Below, one piece after another: positions 56,824 to 64,000 of a DNA stretch of 64,000 nucleotides. A model generated the notes under the pieces. It saw nothing but the letters and a program-made list of their open reading frames with translations, did no database searches and was not told the origin of the DNA. The stretch spans positions 1,344,001 to 1,408,000 of the forward strand of contig CAWIKF010000002.1 in the NCBI GenBank assembly GCA_963836755.1, given 5' to 3'. Source of the stretch: an uncultured Verrucomicrobiae bacterium. GTDB taxonomy: Bacteria; Verrucomicrobiota; Verrucomicrobiia; Chthoniobacterales; Chthoniobacteraceae. A program made the translations under genes and the position numbers. Every line of letters starts with the position of its first letter. Within the stretch, counting starts at the first letter, position 1.

Positions 56824-59148
56824 ATGAAAAACACCCTTCATTTTATTGCGCGGAGATGCCCCGTCTCCTGCCTGCTGGCTTTGATTTGGCTGCTGCTGCC
56901 GACGTTTGCGATGCATGCGCAAGTTCCCGCGCCCGACCTGATCGTGAAACAAATCACGATTCAATACGCCGGGCCGGAAACGATCAGCCGTGAGCGGATT
57001 TTGGCAAACATGCGGACGAAAGTCGGCAAGCCGTATTCCGAGCAGGCCGTCGAAGAAGATGTGCGAAATCTTTACGCGACGGGGCAGGTGACGAACGTCC
57101 GCATTTTTGGCGAACCGCAGACCGACGGCGTCAAAGTCGTGGTCGTCGTGCAATCAAAAGCAACGGTCGGAAGCGTGCACATCGAAGGCGCGACGCAGAT
57201 CAAACCGAGCACTCTAGTCAAATCGCTCGCGACAAAGGCGGGCACAACGTTGAGCGAAGCAACGGTGGAAGCCGATCGGCAAAAAATTCTCGACACCTAC
57301 TCGAGCCACAATTTTACGGAGACGCAGGTCACGGAAAAAACGAACATGGATGAGGCGACGGGCAAAGCGGATGTTTTCTTCACCGTGATCGAAGGCGGCA
57401 AAACGGACATCCGCGCGATTCATTTCGAGGGGAATACGAAATTCACGGCAAAGCAGCTGCGCAAGGTCATCAAAACGAAGACCAAAAATTTGCTCTCATT
57501 CGTCACGAAGGCTGGTCGTTACAATACGGAGCAGATTGAATCAGACCAGCAGGCGCTGCGCGAATTTTACCAAAATCACGGCTACGTCGACGTTAAAATC
57601 GGCGACGTCCGCGTCGATCGCACAGGCAAAAACGTGACGCTCACGATTCCGATTACGGAAGGAATTCAATATCATGTCGGCAGCGTCGCAGTGACGGGCG
57701 CGCAGGTTTTCCCGACCGACGAAGTGATGCAGCACGTCAAGACGAAGACTGGAAATGTATTTTCGCCCGCGGATTTGCGCGCGGATTCCAAGGCGATTGG
57801 CGACCTTTACGGCGCACGCGGTTACATTGATCTGCAGGTGAATGCGGATACGTCGACCGGCGGGCCGGCCGTGATCAACGTCGATTACAAAATCGATGAG
57901 GGAAATCAGTCTTACGTCGAGCGCATCAACATTTCCGGCAACACACGCACGAAGGACAAGGTCATTCGCCGCGAGCTCGCTGTCTCGCCGGGCGATGTGT
58001 ATGACAGCGTGCGCGTCGACGCGAGCAAGCAGCGCCTGCAAAACCTGAATTACTTTTCGCGCATCGACACGTATCCGTCGGACACGCTCGTGCCCGGTCG
58101 GAAAGATCTAAACGTGCTCGTGGAGGAAAAGCGCACCGGCTCTTTCAACTTTGGCGCCGGCTTTTCAACCATCGACAGCTTGCTCGGTTTCGTCGAAGTG
58201 CAGCAGTCGAATTTCGACCTTTTCAAATGGCCCGACTTTACCGGCGGCGGCCAGCGTTTCCGCGCGCGCGTTCAATACGGCACGCAGCGCAAAGACTTTT
58301 TGCTTTCGCTCACCGAGCCATGGTTTCTCGACTATCAAGTCGCAGTCGGCGGCGAACTTTTCTACAACGAAGCGCAGTTCATTTCGACTGTTTACAACCA
58401 AAAAAATTACGGCTTTGACCTGAATGCACGCAAGGCGCTGACGCCGGACATCTCGGTGCGGCTCGATTATCGGCTCGAGGAGATCGATATCTTTGACGTC
58501 TCCAGTGATGTCTCGGATACCATCCGCCAAGATGAGGGCAACCATTTGAAAAGTTCGATCACGACCGGGATCACCTATGACACGCGCGACAGCGTGTTCC
58601 TCACGCGGCGCGGCCGGAAGATCGATCTTTCCGCATACGTCGCCGGCGGTCCGCTCGGCGGGAATGACGATATTTACGGCTTTGATTTGAGCGGAAGCCA
58701 ATATTTTCCGCTGCCGTGGGACACGATCTTTCTCATCAATGGCGAAGTCGCGACGGTCTCATCATGGGCTGGCGGCGACCACGTGCCGATTTTTGACCGG
58801 CTTTATCTCGGCGGTGCGAATAATTTGCGCGGCTTCAAATATCGCTATGCGGGTCCGAAGGATGAAAACGGCCAGCCGATCGGCGGAAACACGCTCGCAC
58901 GGCTGACGTTTGAATACACGTTCCCGATCGTCGACCGCGTGCGCGGCGCTGTTTTCAATGACACCGGCTTCGTAAACCGCGGCACCTATCAGCCGACCCT
59001 CAACAACCTTGACTCCGACGTCGGCATCGGCCTGCGGCTTGATTTGCCGATCGGCCCGGTGCGTCTCGACTATGGCATTCCCGTGACTTCAAGCCACGGG
59101 GGCAGTCACGGCGGCAAATTCAACTTCACGATTGGCTACCAATTTTGA
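56824..59148 (+). CDS. bamA: outer membrane protein assembly factor BamA
   Basis: POTRA repeats, GNTRTKDKVIRRE, LRGF motif, C-terminal YQF. Confidence 0.96.
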   Translation: MKNTLHFIARRCPVSCLLALIWLLLPTFAMHAQVPAPDLIVKQITIQYAGPETISRERILANMRTKVGKPYSEQAVEEDVRNLYATGQVTNVRIFGEPQTDGVKVVVVVQSKATVGSVHIEGATQIKPSTLVKSLATKAGTTLSEATVEADRQKILDTYSSHNFTETQVTEKTNMDEATGKADVFFTVIEGGKTDIRAIHFEGNTKFTAKQLRKVIKTKTKNLLSFVTKAGRYNTEQIESDQQALREFYQNHGYVDVKIGDVRVDRTGKNVTLTIPITEGIQYHVGSVAVTGAQVFPTDEVMQHVKTKTGNVFSPADLRADSKAIGDLYGARGYIDLQVNADTSTGGPAVINVDYKIDEGNQSYVERINISGNTRTKDKVIRRELAVSPGDVYDSVRVDASKQRLQNLNYFSRIDTYPSDTLVPGRKDLNVLVEEKRTGSFNFGAGFSTIDSLLGFVEVQQSNFDLFKWPDFTGGGQRFRARVQYGTQRKDFLLSLTEPWFLDYQVAVGGELFYNEAQFISTVYNQKNYGFDLNARKALTPDISVRLDYRLEEIDIFDVSSDVSDTIRQDEGNHLKSSITTGITYDTRDSVFLTRRGRKIDLSAYVAGGPLGGNDDIYGFDLSGSQYFPLPWDTIFLINGEVATVSSWAGGDHVPIFDRLYLGGANNLRGFKYRYAGPKDENGQPIGGNTLARLTFEYTFPIVDRVRGAVFNDTGFVNRGTYQPTLNNLDSDVGIGLRLDLPIGPVRLDYGIPVTSSHGGSHGGKFNFTIGYQF

Positions 59149-59201
59149 ACGAAAATTTCTGGACGCAGTCTCACCGTCTCCTAGAATCACCAATCCAATT
59201 T

Positions 59202-59804
59202 ATGAAAAAATTCACTATTCCGGTTCTTGTGACCGTTGCCTTTCTCACCAGCGCTCTCTCTGCTCATGCGCAATCGAAAATCGGCACCGTGGACATGAAC
59301 AAAATCTTCTCGTCCTATTATAAAACCAAGGACGCCGAGTCTCGCATCAATGAAGCGCGCGCCGCTGCGAAGAAAGAGCTCGACGACCGGATGGAGAATT
59401 ACAAAAAAAATCTCGACGCCATCAATAAGCTCAATGACGACATCAACAACGCGGCGTTGAGCAAGGACAAGAAAGAGGAGAGCTCGAAAAAACGCGACGA
59501 CATGATCGCGGAAACGAAAAACCTCGAGCGCGAGATCGGTGAGTTCCGCACCACGCGCGAGAAGCAGCTTCAAGAACAAGCTGTCCGGATGCGCAATGGC
59601 ATCGTCGATGAAATCACGAAGCTGGTCCAGGCCGAGGTCAAGAGCAACAACTACGAGCTTGTGCTCGACAAATCAGGCTCCAGCCTGAACGGCGTTCCGA
59701 TCGTGCTTTTCTCGCGAGAAGAAGATGACTTCAGCGACAAAATCATCACGCAACTCAACAAGACGAAACCGAAAGATACGGGCGCTCCGGCTCCGAAATC
59801 CTAA
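59202..59804 (+). CDS. skp: OmpH/Skp chaperone
   Basis: KIGTVDM, coiled coil, YELVLDKS; synteny bamA-skp-lpxD. Confidence 0.92.
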   Translation: MKKFTIPVLVTVAFLTSALSAHAQSKIGTVDMNKIFSSYYKTKDAESRINEARAAAKKELDDRMENYKKNLDAINKLNDDINNAALSKDKKEESSKKRDDMIAETKNLEREIGEFRTTREKQLQEQAVRMRNGIVDEITKLVQAEVKSNNYELVLDKSGSSLNGVPIVLFSREEDDFSDKIITQLNKTKPKDTGAPAPKS

Positions 59805-59826
59805 ACCGCCAGAAACCGATTTAGCC

Positions 59827-59860
59827 AAGTCCGTTGCTCCAAAAGGGGCAGCGGACTTTT
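59827..59860 (+). terminator. hairpin/terminator between skp and lpxD
   Basis: AAGTCCGTTGCTCC/GGGGCAGCGGACTT stem with short T tail. Confidence 0.55.
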
Positions 59861-59928
59861 GCTTTTCCGGAACTGTTGCCACGCACTTTCAAATCCGTCA
59901 TTGTTCGTGCCGAATTTTCAGCAGCCCT

Positions 59929-60960
59929 ATGAAAGCGACCATCGATGAAATTGCGAAGCTCGTGCGCGGACAGGTAAGTGGCGGCCCCGGCGAGAGCCTC
60001 ATTACTGGCGCCGCTTCGATCGCCGACGCCGTGGAAGGCCAGCTCACTTTTTTTGGGAACTCGCGGTATTTGCCGGCGCTGAAAAGTTGCCGCGCGACTG
60101 CTGTGCTCGTGCCTCTCGATTTTTCCGAGGAAATTCCTCCCACGCAGATTCGCGTTGAAAATCCTTCGCTCGCCTTCGCGCAAATTTTGGAAAAGTTCGC
60201 GGCCGCTCCTGCTGTTTACGAGCCGGGCGTCCATGCAACGGCAGTGCTCGGCGAAAATGTGGTGATCGAGGAAGGCGTCTCAATCCAGCCCTACGCGGTC
60301 ATCGAAAGCGGCGTCCGAATCGGCGCGCGAACGGTCATCGGCGCGCACTGTTTCATCGGCCAGCACGCTTCCATCGGAGCGGATTGCAAAATCTTTCCGC
60401 ACGTCACGATCCGCGAGCGATCGCTGCTCGGCGATCGCGTCGCGATTCATAGCGGCACCGTCATCGGAAGCGACGGATTCGGCTACGAGTTTTCGCAAGG
60501 TCGTCACGTTAAAATCCCCCAAATCGGGATTGTTCAGATCGATGAAGACGTAGAAATCGGAGCAAATGTCACCATTGATCGAGCGCGTTTCGGGCGCACC
60601 TGGATTCAAACCGGCACCAAAATCGACAATCTCGTGCAGATCGCGCACAACGTCACCATCGGGAAACATAGCATCATCGTCTCGCAAGTCGGCATCTCCG
60701 GCAGCTCGCGTCTGGGCGATTATGTCACACTAGCAGGTCAAGTCGGATTGGTTGGACACATCCAGGTGGGGGACCGAGCAATCGTTGGTGCCAAGAGTGG
60801 AGTGAGTAAGAATGTCCCAGCCGGCGAGCATTGGTTTGGGATTCCGGCGCTGGAGCACGGAGAGTTCAAGCAGCGGTTTGCCTATGTGAATCGCCTGGAG
60901 AAATTGGTCGCGCGCGTGAAAAAACTCGAGGAGCTTTTGGAAGCACAGTCAAAACTTTGA
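59929..60960 (+). CDS. lpxD: UDP-3-O-acylglucosamine N-acyltransferase
   Basis: Hexapeptide repeats, IGSDGFGY, KIDNLVQIAHN. Confidence 0.96.
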   Translation: MKATIDEIAKLVRGQVSGGPGESLITGAASIADAVEGQLTFFGNSRYLPALKSCRATAVLVPLDFSEEIPPTQIRVENPSLAFAQILEKFAAAPAVYEPGVHATAVLGENVVIEEGVSIQPYAVIESGVRIGARTVIGAHCFIGQHASIGADCKIFPHVTIRERSLLGDRVAIHSGTVIGSDGFGYEFSQGRHVKIPQIGIVQIDEDVEIGANVTIDRARFGRTWIQTGTKIDNLVQIAHNVTIGKHSIIVSQVGISGSSRLGDYVTLAGQVGLVGHIQVGDRAIVGAKSGVSKNVPAGEHWFGIPALEHGEFKQRFAYVNRLEKLVARVKKLEELLEAQSKL

Positions 60961-61016
60961 CTCGAGAAACTTAGGCTTGTCCGGAGCCGGCCCGCGATTA
61001 AATTCATGAAATCGCG

Positions 61017-61511
61017 ATGCGTAGCAAGGAAAAGCCCACTCGCAAGAAAGCCACGTCGGCGAAAAGCCGCAAACGGTTGATGGCGCATCCGCGTCTGCCG
61101 ATGCAGCGTCAGCTTCCGTTTGCGCATGAGGGCCGCTATTTCGACCTCAAGGAAATTTTCGCGAAGCTGAATGCGAAATATTTCCGGAAATCTCTTCGCG
61201 GTTACACGATCACCTGGGGGCGCAAACGCAAGGAGCGGCCGCGCGAATATTTCATCTTTGGTTCGATCCAGGAGCAGGACAAAGTTATTCGCATCCATCC
61301 GCTGCTCGACGCGCGTTTCGTGCCGCGCTGGTTTTTGGAATACGTGATTTACCACGAGATGCTGCATTCCGTGGTGCCGGACGAATATGACCGGAAGCGC
61401 CGCCGACGGATTGTGCACACGGAAAAGTTTCGGGATCGCGAGCAGCGTTATCCGTGGTATCGCCGCGCTCGGAAGTGGGAAGAGGAAAATCTCGCGCGCT
61501 TTTTGCAATAG
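61017..61511 (+). CDS. SprT-like zinc metalloprotease domain protein
   Basis: IRIHPLLD..LEYVIYHEMLH (HEXXH). Confidence 0.75.
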   Translation: MRSKEKPTRKKATSAKSRKRLMAHPRLPMQRQLPFAHEGRYFDLKEIFAKLNAKYFRKSLRGYTITWGRKRKERPREYFIFGSIQEQDKVIRIHPLLDARFVPRWFLEYVIYHEMLHSVVPDEYDRKRRRRIVHTEKFRDREQRYPWYRRARKWEEENLARFLQ

Positions 61512-61523
61512 CTCCGCAAAGTT

Positions 61524-62009
61524 TTACGGTGCCGGTTTGCAGTTTCGCTTTGCCAAAAAGAAATTCCGCAGCAGATATCGGCATTCATCCATTCGCACAC
61601 CGGACGTGATTTCGCAGCGGTGGTTCAGCGACGGATGTTGCAGGATGTTTAACAATCCGCCGGCACCACCGCCGCGTTCATCAGGCGCGCCAAAAATGAC
61701 ACGCCGCACGCGTGCATGCACGAGAGCTCCGGCGCACATCGGGCACGGTTCTTTTGTAACATAGAGATCGCAATCATTCAGCCGCCAGTCGCCGATGACG
61801 CTGGCCGCTTGCGTGATTGCAAGGATCTCCGCGTGCGCCGTCGCATCTTTGAGCGTCTCGACCTGATTGCACGAGCGCGCGATGATTTCGCCTTGAAAGA
61901 TGACGACCGCGCCAACTGGAACCTCATCCTGGCGTGCGGCTTTGTGCGCCTGCCGCAGCGCTTCGCCCATGAAATATTGGTCGCTGCCGAGGTCAATTAT
62001 TTCGTCCAT
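61524..62009 (-). CDS. tadA: tRNA adenosine(34) deaminase
   Basis: [23 protein letters not shown]. Confidence 0.93.
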   Translation of the reverse strand: MDEIIDLGSDQYFMGEALRQAHKAARQDEVPVGAVVIFQGEIIARSCNQVETLKDATAHAEILAITQAASVIGDWRLNDCDLYVTKEPCPMCAGALVHARVRRVIFGAPDERGGGAGGLLNILQHPSLNHRCEITSGVRMDECRYLLRNFFLAKRNCKPAP

Positions 62010-62085
62010 CGCGGAAAAAGTTTGCGTCGGGCGCGGTTTGAGTTATGAAACAGGGCTCTCAATTTTTTACCCGAAGCCGCAGACC

Positions 62086-62424
62086 ATGAACATCATCGAC
62101 ACCATCGAAAAGGAACAATTTAAAAAAGAAGTCGCGACCTTCAAAGTCGGCGACAGCGTCCGCGTTCACACCCGCGTGGTCGAAGGCGACAAGGAGCGCA
62201 TCCAGATTTTCACCGGCATCGTCATCGGTCGCAAAGGCATCGGCATCAATGCGAGCTTCACGGTGCGCCGCATTTCCTACGGCGAAGGCGTCGAGCGCGT
62301 ATTCCCGCTGCACTCGCCGCGCGTGGCGAAGATCGAGGTGGAAACGGCGGGCACAGCTCGCCGAGCAAAGTTGAATTACCTGCGCGGCCGCAAGGGCAAA
62401 CAGGCGATGGCCGTTCGCGAGTAG
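62086..62424 (+). CDS. rplS: 50S ribosomal protein L19
   Basis: [33 protein letters not shown]. Confidence 0.97.
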   Translation: MNIIDTIEKEQFKKEVATFKVGDSVRVHTRVVEGDKERIQIFTGIVIGRKGIGINASFTVRRISYGEGVERVFPLHSPRVAKIEVETAGTARRAKLNYLRGRKGKQAMAVRE

Positions 62425-62458
62425 TTGCCGCTTTTTTTAACCGCGCGATTTTCCCGCC

Positions 62459-63079
62459 ATGCGCTGCACTCTCAAGCACGAGCGCGCGCTGCGCAAAACG
62501 GGAGTCGAAATCATCGCGGGCATTGACGAAGCGGGACGCGGACCGCTGGCTGGCCCGGTCGTCGCGGCGGCGGTGATCCTGCCGGAAAAGTTTCGGCACA
62601 AAACGCTGAACGATTCCAAAAAACTTCGCGCGGAAGTTCGCGCAGAAATTTACGCAGAACTGACGGAGCGTCCGGATATTGTCTGGGCCGTCTGCGTGAT
62701 CGAATGCGAGGAAATCGACCGCTGTAATATTTTGCGCGCGACGCATCGCGCGATGCGTGAGGCCGTGACGGCATTGCAGGCTGCGCCTCATCACGTGCTC
62801 ATCGACGGTCTGCCCGTGCGGCCTTTTCCATATCCGCACACCGCGATTGTCGACGGCGATGCGAAAAGTTTGTCGATCGCCGCCGCGAGCGTCATCGCGA
62901 AAGTGACGCGCGACCGAATCATGGTGAGGATGGAAGCGCTGTATCCCGACTATGGTTTTGCGCGGCACAAAGGCTACGCGACCGAGATGCATCTCGAACG
63001 ACTGCAAACCCATGGCCCTTGCCCGATCCATCGCAAAACTTTTCTCCCGGTCGCTCAGCGCCTTGACGGTCTCAGCTGA
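62459..63079 (+). CDS. rnhB: ribonuclease HII
   Basis: GIDEAGRGPLAGPV, DSKKL, AAASVIAKVTRD. Confidence 0.97.
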   Translation: MRCTLKHERALRKTGVEIIAGIDEAGRGPLAGPVVAAAVILPEKFRHKTLNDSKKLRAEVRAEIYAELTERPDIVWAVCVIECEEIDRCNILRATHRAMREAVTALQAAPHHVLIDGLPVRPFPYPHTAIVDGDAKSLSIAAASVIAKVTRDRIMVRMEALYPDYGFARHKGYATEMHLERLQTHGPCPIHRKTFLPVAQRLDGLS

Positions 63080-63458
63080 AGACCCGCGGCACGCGCTCGG
63101 CAGATTTGGCGAAAAGATTGCCGCGCGTTTCTTGCGACGGCAGCGCTATAAAATTCTCTTCCGAAACTTCCGCGCGAACCGCGGCGGCGAAGTCGATCTC
63201 GTCTGCCGCGAGGGTGACGTGCTCGTGTTCGTGGAAGTAAAAACGCGAAGCAGTGAATTGTTCGGACGTCCGGCCGAGGCCGTGAATCGCGAGAAACAGG
63301 AGCTAATCTCGCGCGGTGCGCTGGCGTGGCTGCGGATGCTGGATCGCCCGGACGTCCTGTTCCGTTTCGACATCGTCGAGATCGTGATGACGAAAAATAA
63401 GCCGGCCTTCACTTTGATCCGCGACGCGTTTCAGCTCAGCGATCGCCATCTTTATTGA
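63063..63458 (+). CDS. yraN: YraN family protein (start uncertain)
   Basis: GRFGEKIA, GEVDLV, FVEVKTR, RFDIV. Confidence 0.9.
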   Translation: MTVSAEDPRHALGRFGEKIAARFLRRQRYKILFRNFRANRGGEVDLVCREGDVLVFVEVKTRSSELFGRPAEAVNREKQELISRGALAWLRMLDRPDVLFRFDIVEIVMTKNKPAFTLIRDAFQLSDRHLY

Positions 63459-63509
63459 GCGGCTTTTGCGTTGGCAGCGCGCGCAGTTGCGCGGTAGCCT
63501 CGAGACGTC

Positions 63510-64000
63510 ATGCCGAAGAACGCGTTGCTGGTCTGGGGCGGATGGGAAGGCCACGAGCCGAAAAAATGCGCGGAACTTTTCGCCGGGTTTTTGCGCGACA
63601 GCGGTTTTGAAGTCGAGCTTTCCGATACGCTCGACGTTTATCTTGATGAAGAAAAAATGCGCGCCCTCAGCTTGATCGTGCCGATCTGGACGATGGGCTC
63701 AATCAGCACCGAACAACTACACGGGCTGATCAATGCGGTGCAAAGCGGCGTCGGCCTCGCTGGCTGGCACGGCGGCATGTGTGACTCCTTTCGCAGCGCA
63801 ACCGAATATCATTTTTTGACCGGCGGCCAATGGGTCGCGCATCCTGGCGACATCATCGACTACGGCGTGAACATCACCAATCACGCCGATCCGATCACGG
63901 CTGGAGTCAGCGATTTTACGGTCCACTCCGAGCAATATTACATGCACGTCGATCCGGCGAACGAAGTGCTCGCAACGACAACTTTTACCGGCGCGGGAGG
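63510..64000 (+). CDS. ThuA-like domain protein (runs off window end)
   Basis: [44 protein letters not shown]. Confidence 0.85.
   Translation, partial: MPKNALLVWGGWEGHEPKKCAELFAGFLRDSGFEVELSDTLDVYLDEEKMRALSLIVPIWTMGSISTEQLHGLINAVQSGVGLAGWHGGMCDSFRSATEYHFLTGGQWVAHPGDIIDYGVNITNHADPITAGVSDFTVHSEQYYMHVDPANEVLATTTFTGAG

Overview
GC-rich bacterial chromosomal window, most consistent with Verrucomicrobiota (Chthoniobacter/Spartobacteria-like). This is inferred from PVC-type genes (Minf_1886-like, DUF1844, H-X9-DG pilin-like protein). Bases 1-~7.6 kb are the distal part of an integron-type cassette array. Its genes are short and all on the + strand, its attC sites are near-intact at the left and progressively collapsed to the right, several cassettes are frameshifted, and no integrase is in view. 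The rest is mostly core genome: a GlnA4-type gamma-glutamylation cluster, M16 protease, heme operon, Ku/LigD, lysC, rpmH-rnpA-yidD-yidC-jag, rpoZ, smpB, zwf/opcA, a two-component pair, two paralogous pilins, holB/tmk, nadB/panC, tRNA-Gln, hisD, mgtE, secA, bamA-skp-lpxD, tadA, rplS-rnhB-yraN. The best candidate for an undescribed system is a three-gene operon at 17637-21707 encoding a GrpE-like protein, a lidless Hsp70 and an HPD-less J-like/helical-repeat/FGE-fold protein, behind a sigma54-type promoter. Other leads are an unannotated ~160-nt rod-shaped RNA (6S-like), a promoter architecture shared by the two pilins, recurrent sigma54-type boxes just upstream of start codons, and a 21-bp minisatellite. 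All calls come from reading motifs by eye; no searches were run.
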